A DNA stretch of 64,000 nucleotides from Eledone cirrhosa. Its lineage: Eukaryota. The notes beneath the pieces are model-generated. The model searched no databases. It had not been told where the DNA came from and saw only the letters and a list, made by a program, of their open reading frames with translations. How positions within the stretch are numbered: the stretch's first letter is position 1; each line of letters begins with the position of its first letter. The position numbers were made by a program, and so were the translations under genes. This document shows positions 26,301-40,482 of this stretch, in pieces. The DNA is taken from contig OZ024742.1 in assembly GCA_964016885.1 (NCBI GenBank), positions 206,770,001 through 206,834,000 on the forward strand. Reading direction: 5' to 3'.

Positions 26301-27342
26301 TGATATGATACTGCGTGCACTTTGTCTTGGAAAAAGACAGAATGATTACAGCTGGAATGCATTTGATTATAAAGTATGTTATAAGGACTGCTATATAATT
26401 TTGCATAGTATTTTAAAGTTCCTGAATGAGTCTTGTAGCTATGTTTCCTAATTAATTGTGCATCTGTTTATTAATTTACCTCTTTTAACTGCATCTCTTA
26501 CATAATATTTTAATTATAAAACCATTTATTATTTCAGTACATAAAGCTTTTATCTAGATATAATCTGTGAATTGCACCTGTCAACCTAAATTATTGCTTT
26601 TCTTTCTTCTTGATTGTTCAAGTGTGCAACATCTTGCATGTTGTCTTGCACTTGCAATCCATTGCAAAATATCTTTCTTTAAATCTAATTATATGCTGTA
26701 TAAAATATTATTTAATAAATCCATGTTGTATTTATTTTATATGTTGTCAGTTGTATGTTATGTTTTTCCCTGTTTTGTGTGGTGATGTATGGCTCACAGT
26801 GATGTTTGGTGATGTGTAGTGATGTGTGGTTTACCATAACACTTTATTTGATGGTTGTTGTTTAGCCGCAGATTAACTGACTGAGCAGACCTATAATCAA
26901 AATTGTTCCAAAGAGGATTATATTCTCTTGTTAGGAAAATCTATATCTACATTATTTAATTTGCCTTTTTCTTTTTCAAGATAGTATGATGTGATTTAAG
27001 AGATATTTAGTTACTATTTCTAGCAGATCAAGTGATTGTATGGAAGTAGCTGCACTAGCATAACATTGTTTTACATTAGAGCAATCAGTTATTCTTGGTT
27101 TCTCTCACAAGTGTTAAACCTTATCTAGCCAGTCACCTATATAGGTAGTGAAATGGCTTTATGTTGATTTCATCACTAAATGAAACAGAAATAATCTTAA
27201 TAAAATAATGTATCATTTCGATCTGATGTATCAAGTACCTTAGTTTAATTATGGTTATCTACCAAACTACTATATATATATATATATATATGCAAGCATA
27301 GAAAGGGGTAGATGTAAAAATGATGATGATGATTATGATATA

Positions 27343-27424
27343 TATTGGGTTATAACATAAATTCCCGCCAATTTTTATTAAGAAGTTTTATAACAACGGC
27401 GGGAATTCATGTTACAACCCAATA
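27343..27424. mobile_element. Mariner-like mini-MITE
   Basis: TA|ttgggttataacataaattcccgcc ... ggcgggaattcatgttacaacccaa|TA. Confidence 0.75.
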
Positions 27425-27432
27425 TATATATC

Positions 27433-27537
27433 TACAGTGTGTCCCCAAAAATGTATTCACACTTCAACAGCATTCTAATAAATATTGCCTGTACAGGTAA
27501 TCAAAATGTGTATACATTTTTGGGGGTAAAACCTGTA
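27433..27537. mobile_element. Tc1/mariner-like mini-MITE
   Basis: TA|cag..ccccaaaaatgtattcaca ... tgtgtatacatttttgggg..ctg|TA. Confidence 0.7.
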
Positions 27538-27545
27538 TGTATATA

Positions 27546-27750
27546 AAGAGTCAGGACCCTGACGGCTGATCTCTTGTTGTATCAACAACTAGTTCCAGAC
27601 TGAATCAGTCTGGAACTAGTTGTTGAAATGGCAAGAGCTCAGCCATTGGGTCCCAACTCTTGAGAATATAACCATACTCTACTATCCCAAGTATCAAGTA
27701 ATATGTTTAATAATGGCCTAACCAGTTTCAAACTGAACCCACCCTGGTTT
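27546..27750. mobile_element. Fold-back palindrome (27546-27661) plus tail, same family as 56165-56380
   Basis: caacaactagttccagactga-a-tcagtctggaactagttgttgaaatggcaagagctcagcc; tail actctactatcccaagtatcaagta. Confidence 0.75.
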
Positions 27751-27934
27751 ATATATATATGTGGTTGGTGTTAGAAAGGGCATCCAGCCATAGAAAACCT
27801 ACCAGATAGTCCTATATGAGCGAGACACGGTCACCCGACCAATCTTGCCTCAAGTGGGACAACTCCCGTCTAACCCATGATAGCGTGGAAGATAGACGTT
27901 AAATGATGATGATGATATATATATACACATACAT

Positions 27935-28080
27935 GGTGGCTGCCAACTCGTTTTCGAGTATGGCCACTACTTTATATCCATGTAGGAGAATCCCTACCGA
28001 TGCGCTGAACGAGTGTGACTTTTTAGTCCAGCCAGCGACTTGAAAACTCTGGTACAAACACTACACTTGTGACAATTATT
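27935..28080 (-). mobile_element. LINE 3' terminus with C-terminal C2H2 finger
   Basis: CSVCTRVFKSLAGLKSHTRSAH*, then a short stem-loop UTR (gtggc..ctcgaaaacgag..gccac). Confidence 0.6.
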
Positions 28081-28951
28081 GACACAGTGCTGGGCCCATG
28101 GTACCATGTGACGGCAAGTGCATAGAGATCTCCAGATACAAAGCAATGCCTGTGCCGTGAAGCTTTTATAGTGAGCAAAGGCACTGCACAAAGCCAGTCC
28201 CACTCTCTTAACCATACATACACATACATAGATGCATATATACATACACACGTACATATTTATTCACTTAGTGATTTATAATACAAGCACAAAACTTTAA
28301 ATTTTATACCTGTATACTGTTGATGCCTTTCATAACACATAAAATCTGTTGCATTCTTCTGCATTGTGTGGTGCAGCATAAATGAGATCAAATAAAAAAG
28401 AAATATTAAATGCAAAATCACATGCACACACTTAAAAAAACATGTGCATTCACACACATGCAGATTCATGCAGTTGCACACAAATATGTCTTAATACATA
28501 AATGGATACACGTGCATAAATTCCCATGCTCATTATATGAAATTCACACACACACACACATACATACATGCAGTTATGCAAAAACAACTGCATAGAGATT
28601 TACTCATGTGAGAATCACACACATACACACACCGACATACATACATACATACATAGACACACATATTCTCTCTTTATTTAATTCTCACTCACATATCCAA
28701 TAATGAAAAAAAGCAACAAGCCATCTACAGATCTTCTTTGTGGTTTCTTGATCTGCTAGAAATAGCAGCCAAATTACCTTCAAATCATATTCTACATCTT
28801 AACCATTTTATTACTAAACCACCTAAAACTGACACTGGTTCTACAATAGCCACCAGTTCTACAAACAGCTGCTTAATAATGAGAAAATAATTTGAATAAA
28901 TCTCTCTAAATTCTTAATTATTTTTGAAATTATTTGAAAACCACAGGTGCA

Positions 28952-29315
28952 TCACATCATCATCATCATCATCATCATCACCGTTTTACGTCCGTTCTTC
29001 CACGCTAGCATGGGTTAGACGGGTTGTCCTGTTGTGGGCAGTGTCTGGTCGGCTGACCATGGCTTGCTCATACGGGAACTGATTCTGGCTTGATTTCTAC
29101 AGCTGGATGCCCTTCCTAACACCAACCTCATTTACAGTGAGTGCTGGGTGCTTTTTCGTGGCACCTACACGTCCACTTTACAGTGTGGGCTGGGTGCTTT
29201 TTTGCCGTGGCACCTCCACGACCACCTTGCGGTGGAGGGTGTGGGGGCATATTGTCTATATGCTTCAGCTTGTACCCATGGAGGTCGGGTACTCTGTATT
29301 ACTGCGTGACGATGT
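28952..29315 (-). mobile_element. RTE-like 3' UTR copy with (GAT)n tail
   Basis: Near-identical reverse complement of 49280-49635. Confidence 0.85.
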
Positions 29316-29489
29316 CTATACCTTTGCAGTCATCACTTTTGTATACTGCAACTAATTTCTCTCAGTCCACTAATGTTTTGCTGTTTATGCACATATATTA
29401 GATTTATATTGGAGTATGTTCACTATATTTTTTTCCAATTTTTGCAGATCTTTTGCATTAAAGGCCACTTGCAGCATTACAATTTGCAC

Positions 29490-30310
29490 ACAAGCATTCT
29501 GAGGAAGAAACCGTTTGTAGCCACCAGAGGTAGTGGATCTTTGAACTTTTTCAGCCCAGTTCTTATTCTAGCTGTTGCACAAACAAAACATCCAGCCCCG
29601 CTGCTGATTAAGCCATGTAGATAACAGAAGCTTGTGTACCCATAGTTTAAATTTTGAACACTAAATGGAATATTTTATCAACTCCTTTTGCATATTGAGC
29701 ACAGCCATTTCGCTGACAGAATTAGTGCTTTGTCTTCTTTCTTACCTACTAGCACTTTAGTCTTTGCTAATTGACTTTGAGGGATTTTGATTCCATTTTG
29801 GAATTTCTCTAATTTCTTTACAGATTCAGCTAAGATAACTCTATCATCTGCATATACATGTTCCCACAGGCAACCAGTCTTAAACTCCTCTATTGTGGCC
29901 TAGATAACTACATCTCTTGTATACCCATAGTTGAAATTACTTCAAACTATACTCAGTGTTAACTCTGAACTTGCTGACTGTTTTTCTGTACATGGCTTGT
30001 ATAGCTCTCATCAGCCTCTCATCTGCCCCTAATTTTGTAAGAGCCCACCAGATTATGGAACATGGTACTCTGTCAAAGGTTTTCTCAAGCTCAACAAATG
30101 CAGAAGTACTTAGTAAGTCTCTGTATCTAGATACAGGGACTTACTAAGTTCCTCTGCAGTTCTCTCATAAAAAAGAAGTTATCAGTGGTACCTCTTTCTG
30201 GCTAAAAGCTGAACTGCATTTCATCTAAGTTAACTCAATCCCTAATCAGTTGTGTTAGAATTCTTACAGTAACTTTCATGACCTGGTCCATCAAAGTGAT
30301 GCCATGAGAC
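29490..30310 (-). pseudogene. Degenerate RTE-like RT fragment
   Basis: Homologous to 19620-20480 (FVELEKTFDRVP, LRLVACGNMYMQMI equivalent region, FCYL). Confidence 0.75.
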
Positions 30311-30469
30311 ATTAGGTATGGCGCCATCCTGTATTACATAAATGGTATTAAATGAGAAAATGTATTTTGAATAATAAAATCCAACAAAAATTATTTAAAA
30401 TTCATTTTACGTAAAGAAAATGGTTGAGAAAACAAACAAATATAGGGTGAAAAAAAAGTAATAATGATA

Positions 30470-30672
30470 ATAATAATGGTTTATGATTTAAACACACGTC
30501 CAGTAACTTTTGGGAAAGGGAAAGTCAATTAAATTGACCCCAGTGCATTACTGGTACCTTATTTTATTGACCTCGTTAGGATGAAAGGCAAAGTTAACCT
30601 CGGCGGGATTTGAACTCAGACGATAAGGGCTGTAACTCTTTGCTGCAAAGCATGGTGTTCGATTCTCTACTG
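30470..30672 (-). mobile_element. SINE family A
   Basis: Reverse-complement homolog of 6198-6422. Confidence 0.8.
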
Positions 30673-30689
30673 ATAATAATAATAATAAT

Positions 30690-33600
30690 GCTTTCTTTAT
30701 TAACCACAAGGGTTGACACAAAGTATAACATTAAGGACAACACAGGACAATACAAATGGGCATTTCTGTGTGTAAAAAAAACAAAAACAGAGTGTGACAA
30801 AAGGAAACAATGAAAAATTCCCAATAGAGGGAGGGGGGGGGGACCTCCGAGGGTTGCTCGTGGAGAAAGCCCGCAAGAAAAGCCACGGTTACCCTGACCG
30901 CTAGGGCAAATGCCCAGCCACGGTTACCCTGACCGCTAGGGCAAATGCCCTCTTCCAGTTTTCCTCCTACAATGCTACAGGCACACGCTCATGGAAGACC
31001 CATTCACACAGGCCATTCTTGCCTCTCTCACCCACCTTTCAACAAACTGGTTGGAAGGCAGCACTTCCCTCTCCACCCTGATTTTCCTCTTCAGGTGAAA
31101 CCTGAAAAAGTTAATGAGGGCGTCTCCGAAGGAAAAAGTACCCGTCTTCAACCCTTTCAGATGTGTCACCATACAATCTCTTTTACCAAGGCCACCAGGC
31201 AGATAAAAACTGCCTGCCCTTCTCGGCTAAAGGAAGGCGGCGGGGCAATCCTCACGATGGAGACAGCTGATAGCCGGATCCGTTCTACATGTGACAGCAG
31301 GTGTTCGGCATAAACCCAGAAGTCAGCAATGTTCGGACACTGGACGAGTGCGCGCATCTCAGACAGGCCGGCTACAGCACTTCCATGCCTGTAGAGTTTA
31401 TCCCAAACTGGCAAGGCTCCTCGGTCCTCGGTAGCACTGCCAGGCCAGGGATTTCTGGAAGTTGTCCATGGGCCCCGGCCCGAAAGTTCTCCCGAAGAGA
31501 TTGGCTAGTTGGTTTTTGTCCCCAAGGACGTTGTTGCTCTTTCCCTCCACTAATCCTCTATAGAATGCCAAGGTGGAGTTTCCAGCGATTGTATTGCTTG
31601 ATTGGTCGACGGCTTTAAGTGCTTGAAGATATTCTAGTCTCCAAGCGATTCGTCTCGGTCTTCGCATGACCCAGGACTGCAGCTCCGCCAAGGAGACAAG
31701 CTGGGGAAACATGTGTCTAGCAAAGGGCAACCACACATGATCACCGTTGAGGAAGAGGTGGAGATGCCGTAGCCTGAGTGCATGTCTGCGCATCATCAGC
31801 CATGGCATGCCCAGCCCTCTGCGTAGCAGGTGTTGGCAGTAGATAGACCACCTGACCATCGGAGCACGTCCCTTCCACAAAAAGCAAAAGAGCAAACACT
31901 CCAGTGCAGTTAGGGGAGGCTTAGGACAAGGCACGATGGTCAGGCGGAAGTAGATGACGGATGCAATGTACGCATTTGCCACCTCCACTCGACCTTTCAG
32001 GGATAGCTTCCTCTTGGCCCATTTCTGGGTGAGAGAAAACACCTTGCTCGTGATGTCCTCCTAGTTTTTGTCCGTCTGGAGGTCTGAACCGAACCAGACC
32101 CCTAGTAATTTAACCAGTCTGTCCGTCCAGCTCCCGAAGATGCTGTTGGACGGCATGGACCTGCCTCTCCAGGTGCCGAGTTGCAGGCCCACTGACTTTT
32201 CCTGGTTGATCATTGCTCCTGTCACTACCTCGTATTCTCTTAGTGTGGTGCCGATCGCCTCGATGTGTTTGGTGTTCGACACCACTATGGTGATGTCGTC
32301 TGCATAAGCTGACACTGTTCTTCCGCATCCTAGTTCAGGTGAAATCCCCCTCAACATCTCCAGTTTGTACAGTAATGGCTTGATAGTCAATACGTACAAC
32401 AAGGACGAAAGAGGACATCCTTGGCGGATCGAGCGCAGGATGTTGAACGGTTCCGAAAGGTGACCGTTCACTCTCACCACAGAGCGGATGTCACTGTGCA
32501 TGGCAGCAATCCTGCCTCTGAAGAGAGGCCCAAATCCAGCTGCTCTTAGGACTGGTGCCAGATAACGATGGTCGACCCTATCAAAAGCTTTTGACTGATC
32601 TAAATTGATCAAAGACCCACCCGTGCCAGGTTCCCTAGCTACCCTCTATATGATGTATTGCATGAGATGGAGGTTGTCATGGTTGTCATGGATAGATCTG
32701 TCTGGAATGGTGTTTGTGCCTCTCCCACCAGACCAGCAATGACAAGCGCCAACCTCTTTGCTAGCACCTTAGCCAAAATCTTGAAGTGTGTGTTTAGCAG
32801 AGTTATGAGCCTGAAACTTTCTATGTTATCCCCCTTTCTCAGCAGCGCCACTGCTCCTCGGCTCACAGGGCTGGGAATTCTCTCGTTCTGCTGCCAGTTG
32901 CACTCGGTATCTGCCAATAGGTCTTCAAACAAGTCTGGCATATATATGTAAAATTCATAGGGCAGACCATCCAAACCAGGCGATTTACCCATTGTGCAGC
33001 TAGTCATTGCCTCCTGTACTTCAGCATCTGTTATCGGCCTTTCGTAACACTCTGCCTCAGTGACGGAGAGCTGTGGCAGTCCATCGAGGTAGGCACTGAA
33101 GTCTATTATGTGATACAGCCCGCCATTTCCCCCAAATAGCTGAGCAAAGTGCTGCTGAAAATCCGCACACATCTGCTTGGGATCGAGTATCATAAGCCCG
33201 TCATGGTTCACCAAAGACCAGATTGTGGCTTTGTTGCGACGACGCACCTCTGCCACCTGGGCCCATAGAACGGCTTTTGTCCCCTCGTGTCTGAAAGCAC
33301 ACACACTAGCTCTGACAATGCAGCCTTCATGCTTAGCGTTGAAAAATTGGTCAAGAGCCAATTTCGCTGCAAGCATGTCAGTCGTGATGCCTTTACTAAG
33401 CACCTTGACTAATTTGCTAACTAGATTTCCTTCTGTTCTATTTTTCTCTGTTACTAGCGCTATTCTAATCGTTCTTTTCAGGGCAAACCACCATTTGTTG
33501 TTGACGATGGCCCCTGTCAACGCCTGCTTAACTAACTCGCTAATCCGGTCTCTGTAAGCTTTGTGCGCTGTTAACGACGTGTTTAGTTACCAATAGCCGG

Positions 33601-36413
33601 GTCCCTGTCTATAAAGCCTATCTAAGTCAACCCTATTGATCATGAATTTGAGGTCCGTGTAGTCGACTATCTTGAATTGTGGACAACTTATGCTAGACCT
33701 ATATATTTCCCTACAAAATACCCTATCTAGATATGATCCGGATGATCCGATGCGGTTTGTTCAAGTCCACATTGGCACATTCAGGAAATCCAATCGGTAC
33801 CTGTCCGACAGTTGAAAACGCCTGAGCAGGTTTGTGAGGCTTTTACACCCTCCTCCTCTATCCACTAATCCCACACAATACCAGCGTGCATCTAAGATCC
33901 CGTTCCAGTCGCCCACTAACACTAGAGAGCGGGACGTTCCAGGAAAGGTCTCCACACGCCGGAAGAATGCAGGCCGTCCTGCTCCTGTTGGGGCATAGAC
34001 GGCCACTAGCCTGAAAGCTTGTCCTTCTCCACTGGTCACGTCCAGTACCACCAACTTACCTTCTGGGTCCAGACTTCTCTGGAACAACACGCCCCCCACT
34101 CCCCCATATCCGGGCGGCTTGGAGATGTGTACACCTCGTAGCGGCCCAAAATGGGTGCGAATGCCCATGCCTCGGAGATTCTTGTCTCGCTGATGGCCAC
34201 TACATCTATGTTTAGTGACCTGAGATCATTCAGCAGGTGGCCCTGCTTGCAAGTCAACCCCAGGCCACCTGCATTTATGCTACCTATTCTGAGAGAAGCC
34301 ATGTTGGCTAGAATAGGAGGAAAAGTGAGAGGGGAGAAGTACAAAAATTACCTGTGGCTCTTTTTTAGGAAGGGGGTGGGTGATCCATAACTCCGACCAT
34401 TGGTGGGTTTCTCCACAAGAATGCCCGTGAATATTTTGGTGATGTTTCCTCAGTAGTCTCCAATTGATGTGGGGAACACTTTTTTTAATGTTATGTAATT
34501 TTTTATGTGATTTCTATTATTTTTATGCGTGTGGGGGTGCAATTTTGGTGGTTTGTACATAGTTTGTTTCTATGATGTTCGTGTGGTGTTGAATGTAATT
34601 TAAAAGCTTTGTGTCGTCTGTGTCTTTAGCTGTGTATTGCGTCTGCTGTTGGGGTGTTGGTGCTTTCTGTGTTTGCTGTGGTGTTGTTGGGGGTGACGAT
34701 GGGGAAGATGCTAAGAGTGACAGTGGTGGTGGTGGGGGTTGTGTTGTTGTTGTTGTTGGTGGTGGTGGTGATGGTGTAGGTGGTTGTGGGGTGTGGCTGT
34801 TGATTCTGGTGGAGGAGGTGGGGTAGTTTTCATTTTATTTTGGGGGGGGGATACTTTCTTTTTTCGGGGGGGGGGGGGGGGCGAGGGTAGGGAGTTCTTC
34901 CTTTTTTTTGTTGGAATAGTTCGCCATTCTTCAGCCTCATCACACTCCTTGTCCAATTTAGCTATATCAGGAAGGGGCATGCTTTCCATTGGTTCTGTGG
35001 GTGGTGCAAGAGATGGTGCTTTTGTTGTTGGGGATGGTGATTTCTCTTCTGCCACTGTGGTCTTTGTTTGTCCGCTCCAGTTGCGGGGCATGGCGTGGGG
35101 AGAAGGGGTGGGTGCGTGCCTGTTTTAGTGAGTTTGGGGCAGAATGCCTTAAGGTGCGTCTTGTCACCGCATCCATGACACCTTGAGCGCCTACCTTTGA
35201 CAGTGACGGGTAGATGGCTGCCGTCGTCCAGGTCTATTACATCGGGAATCACCTCAATGCTCTCATGGTTTGCTTGGATGATTAGCTCCATCTCTGACCC
35301 TGTCCAATTCTCCTCTCTTATTCGCATGGCATTGAGTATAGTTGTTGAATCCTCGATGTCAGCGAGGACGGCCGCCGTCAACCACGCCATCTCCACTGAG
35401 GACAGAACCTGGGCCACTCGAACCCTCACGACTCTCTGGCTGCAGTATGTGGGCATCATTATGATTTTGTCACTGCGGAGTGGCGCAATGGTGTGTGCTC
35501 TGGCTTTTTCCGGTGTAGCGAAGAGCACATCCACAGTGCCATACCTCGATCCCCGGGCTATGTACGTTTTCTGTGCCCAGATGGCACCCATAGCCTTTTG
35601 GACTTGTGACTCCATTTCCCGTTTGACTTGCCACGATTTTGTTCTGATCGTGCAATAACTGACCAAATACAAAAGCTTGTTTCTTATTATCTCAGCTGGG
35701 CGGGTGAGACTTACCCTGTCCGGTCTTTTTAACCAAGACCTTCGCATTTTTTATTTCTTCATTGGTGATGTGTACTTGTTCAAAATTGTTTGTCGCTTTA
35801 GCGAAAGACGTGTTTGTTTTGATTTGTTTTTACCTCATCGCTAGTTTTGTCTTTGTTGTTGTTGTTGCCGTCGTTGGTGTTTTTATTTGTTTTGTTTTTT
35901 TCCACTGTGTTGCTGCTGTTATAGTTGTTGCTTCTTGGGTTCTTTATGGCTGTTGCTGTTGTTATTGTTGTTATTGGGGTGGTGGTGGTGTTTGATTTTT
36001 CTAACGTAGGGAAGTTTTCGTTGTAATTTCCACTACTCCTGTTACTGCTCCGGTGGCTGCTGCTGCTGTTGTCACCATCACTGTCATGTCGCTGCTACTG
36101 CTGTTTCTCTTGTTTTTTACTTTGGCTTGTGATTGGATCGAATCGGTTGTTCCACCCTCCGAACAACCCGCTCTTCCTCCCTGTGGACAGCTTATTTTTG
36201 TCTGCCATGTTTTTTTTTAAAACAAAATTTTAGGGGGTATGATTGTAAATAAATACAAATTTAGCCCTCAAGGGCGTGAGATACAGTTAAAAAAAAACCC
36301 TCCTTTGAAAGAGGGGTTCTTTAACTACACACCGATGTAAAAAATAGTATATAGAACTTTCGATAACTCATAAAAATTCAACTAACTAACTCCGTCGTAG
36401 TTACAGCCATCTT
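30690..36413 (-). mobile_element. Near full-length Tx1/L1-clade retrotransposon (ORF1 with CCHC knuckle; ORF2 APE endonuclease plus RT), disrupted
   Basis: ORF1 from ATG ~36208 with CHGCGDKTHLKAFC. ORF2 has GSINAGGL, AISET, VYAP, GDWN, KSPGLDGLPYEFY, LDQSKAFDRV, RQGCPLS, AYADD, LSLKGR. AATAAA near the 3' end; (TAA)n on both flanks. Confidence 0.93.
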
Positions 36414-36439
36414 ATAATAATAACAAATAATAATAATAA

Positions 36440-36600
36440 TAATGGTTTCTTATATAGGCACAAGGCCAGCAATTTTGAGGGAGGGGAAAGTCGATTAAAT
36501 CAACCCCAGTGCATGACTGTTACTTTATTTGATCAACCCTTTAAGGATGAAAAACAGAGATAACTTAGGCAGGATTTGAACTCAGATCATAAAGGGCCGT
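36440..36600 (-). mobile_element. SINE family A, 5'-truncated
   Basis: Reverse-complement homolog of 6260-6422. Confidence 0.8.
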
Positions 36601-36649
36601 AAGAAGAAAATATAATTTTAAAAACTGAGTATAATATTAATAATTAAGA

Positions 36650-37610
36650 TAATGATTTTGATGATGATAATGAGGTGGTGGTGGTGATGATAATGATGAT
36701 GATGATGATGATATTGATGGTGATGAGGGTGATGATGATGATGATGAGGAGGAGAGGAGGAAGGGGATAATTATTTTGATGGATGTGATTATAATGCTGC
36801 TGTTGCCGGTGATGATGAGGATAACAGATGTTGATGCTACTGATGAGGATGACGATGATGATGCTAATGATGATAAGGCTGTTGATGTTACTGATGATGA
36901 TGATGAGGATGTTAATTCTAATGATGATTATACTGCTGATAGTATTGATGATAATGGTGCAAATGATGTTGATGCTAGTGATAATAATATTGATGTTGCT
37001 GCTGCTGATGATGGTCAGGATGATGATAATAATGTAGGATGGAAGGGGGAGGTCATAGGAGTCTGCTTTTATTGTATAATTAAATATGTTGACATGATTA
37101 TGTAAACTGTGTGGATGGTAATCACATTGGGTGATGTTGTGTCATAATGTTCTTCTGCTGCTAATGGTGATGTTGATGATGTTGGTGGTGGTGGTGGAGA
37201 TAACAATGGTGGTGATGATGACAGTGATGGTGTTTACGGCGATGAGGACAATGGTGGTAGTGATGACAGTGACAATAGTGATGATGATAATAGTGACGAT
37301 GATGAAAGTGACGATGATAAAATTGACAAAAGTGACAGTGATAATGAGAATAATGATGACGGTGATAGTGGCGATGAAGATAGACATGATAGTGATAATG
37401 AGGTTAGTGAAGATGGTGATAGGTACAAAGGTGATAGTGAGAATGGTGATAGTGGCGATGGTGATAGTGGCGATAATAATTATGAAGATGATGATAGTAA
37501 AGGATGATAGTAAAGGATGATAGTGAAGAGGATGGTGAAGGTGATGATGACAGCAATGATGTTGATGCTGATGATGACTAATATGGTATTAATGGCATTG
37601 ATGGTTACAT
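36650..37610. repeat. (GAT)n/(GGT)n-derived low-complexity tract
   Basis: Degenerate trinucleotide repeats. Confidence 0.9.
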
Positions 37611-39517
37611 ATGCTTTTTTAATGATTATTACAATTCTTATTATCATTCAACAAAACAAGTACCAGTGAAATACTATGTTGATGTAATTGACAGTTGTTA
37701 CACCTCAAAATTTTATGGCCTTGACACAATATGGCTTTCTAATTTAGGCACAAAGCCAGTAAATTTTAGGGAGGGGTAAAATTGATTAAATCAATTCCAG
37801 TACTTAACTATTACTGTATTTATTGACCGCTAAAAGGCTAAAAGGCAAAGCTAATGTCTTCAAATTCTGCGGAGATCAACTTTTCTTTTCATCCTTCCAG
37901 TAAAATAAAACAACAGACAAGCAACGAGGTTGATATAACTGACAGCCGCCTACCATCCCAATTGGTGGTATTGTGCCTATTTAGAAAACATATTTGTTCA
38001 GGATCTTGACATTATGAGTTCAAATCCTGCTGGAGTCAACATTGACATTTATCCTTCTGGGTTCAATTTTTCTTTGCTATATTTATTTATTGCTTATTAC
38101 ATTTTAAGTTTAAATCTTGCTGTGGTCAACTTTGCCTTTCATTCTTTCAAGGTCGATAAAAAACAGTCCAGTACTGGGGTCACTTCTTCCTCTATAGTAA
38201 ATTCGGTTGTGTTCAGACCTGGAGAGGGTTGGGCTCTGCCAGATTTAAAAGTGCCCTAGACACACCTTATGACTGTGCCACTATGACTCCACAAGGAGTT
38301 ATGGTATCTTTATCCTTTATCCTTTTATATAACGATATTATCTACCTAAATACACACACACACACACATTCTCTATTTCTCTATCCCCCACCTCACACTT
38401 CATTCACTCATTGAAAGCAGTCTTCCATTAAAAAGGGATAGCACAAATAATAAACAAAATAAAATAAAATAAATACAGATTATTATTTTGTCATTATTTT
38501 AATTAATTTATTATTATTATTATTATTACTATTATTATTTTAATTTGTCTGCGTTCTTATATTGTTTTGCTGCTTTTGCAAATTATTGCAGCAGCAACTG
38601 TCACTTCAAGAACTGATGCTGCTTGTGTTCTGCGACTGCTATGAACATCATCATCAACAGTAACAGCAACAGCAGTTGCAGCAGCAACAACAAAAGCCAC
38701 ATAATTTGCCCATGTGAGCAAAATCATTGCAGCAGTGTTTATTACTTCTTCCACTGTCTGTTATTACTGCAGTGCTGCTAATCTTTGTTTCCAAAATGAT
38801 GGATGATATATCACAAAGCAATAATTCCAAAACATGCTCTTAGTTTAGAGTATTTTAAATGACACGCACACACATATGTGTGTGTGTATGTATGTATGTG
38901 TGTGTGTGTATATATGTACAAACATACATACACTCATGCATAAGTGTGGGGAATGTTTATATCTTTGTTTATTTCTCATGTTTAGAAATAGATAAATGAA
39001 GGTTTAGATATGCAAATATGGAGAGAAATTAGTAGGTAGGTGAATAGATATAAAGGTGAGTTGGCCAATAGGAGAGAACAACTAAGTGGGCTTGTGTGTG
39101 TGTATATATATATATATATATACCGACCCAGGTAGGTAAATAAATAGCTAGATAGTTAGGTTGATAGATAGACAGACATATATATATATAGCATCATCAT
39201 TGTTATAGATAAAAACAGCCCAAATAGAATGAAGGAAGAGATGAATGTACTGAATGAGAATTTAAAACAATATAAGCAAAAAGTGGAGACCAAAGAAGAC
39301 ATGTGGTGGACAAAATATATGTACAAAAAATCTGTTAATGAATAAAATATAAACTTAATTTCGTAGAGGAGTTATATAAACATACAGAAAAATAAAGCAG
39401 TATTGGAAAGAACTATAAATGCCATAAATGAGAGGAAAAAAGGGGAAAGTGCAAGAACTACTAGACAAAGGAAGAAAGAAAGGGGGAAGGGAAGAGAGTG
39501 ACAGACTCTACACCTAG

Positions 39518-40482
39518 GTCAGCAAGCAACAAACAGCCGCAAGAAACAAGCACCACCAAACTCTGGGAGGGCTCTGTAGAAACAGGAGACAGCTTTTGCT
39601 ACCTAGGTGACCGAATTTGCAGTGGACGTGGGTGTTCGGAAAGTACAGTAGCCAGGGTAAGAACAGGATGGAAGATGTTCAGCGAGTTACTGCCACTGCT
39701 AGCTGCAAAAGGCTTTTCCCTCAAAATGAAAGGCAGACTGTATGATGCGTGCATACGAACAGCAATGTTACATGGTAGTGAGACCTGGGCGTTGTGTGTA
39801 GAAGACTTGCGTAGATTAGAAAGAAACGAAGCTTGTATGCTCCGATGGATGTGACATAGTAATATACGCGAACAGCAAAGCATAAATGAATTGAGAGAGA
39901 GACTGAGCATAAGAGGAATCAAAGGCTGTGTGCAGGAGAGGCAGTTGCGTTTGTATGGACATATGATGCGTATGAAGGATGACAGCTGCATAAAAAGGTG
40001 CAGAGCACGAGAAGTTGATGGAAGCCGCAGAGTGGGGAAACCCAAGAAGACCTGGGATAAGGTGATAAAAGCTGACCTTACCCAATTACACCTCTCAAAG
40101 GCAATGACGCAGGGCCGTAACCTGTGGCATCACGCAGTAATACAGAAGACCTGACTTCGCACGAGTACAAGCTGAAGCATATAGACAGTATGCCCCCACC
40201 TCTTCCCACTGCTGAGTGGTCGTGGAGGTACCATGGCAAAAAAGCACCCAGCCTACACTGTAAAATTGTTGTGTAGTCGCCACGGAAAAAAAGCACCCAG
40301 CACTCACTGTAAATGAGGTTGGTGTTAGGAAGGGCATCCAGCTGTAGAAATCGAGGCATAATTAGTTCCTATATGAGCAAGACAAGGTCAGCCGACCGGA
40401 CACTGCCCACAACAGGACAACCTGTCTAACCCATGCTAGCATGGAAGAACGGACGTAAAACGATGATGATGATGATGATGAT
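39518..40482 (+). mobile_element. RTE-like LINE 3' part with UTR and (GAT)n tail
   Basis: FCYLGD, HGSETW, RLYGHMMRM; close homolog of 48670-49635. Confidence 0.92.

Noticed and set aside
27994-28257. Host C2H2 zinc-finger gene
   Set aside because: It is a single finger followed by a LINE-type stem-loop end, and the ORF start comes from a microsatellite.
36776-37520. Asp-, Met- and Val-rich ORFs
   Set aside because: Products of the (GAT)n-derived tract.
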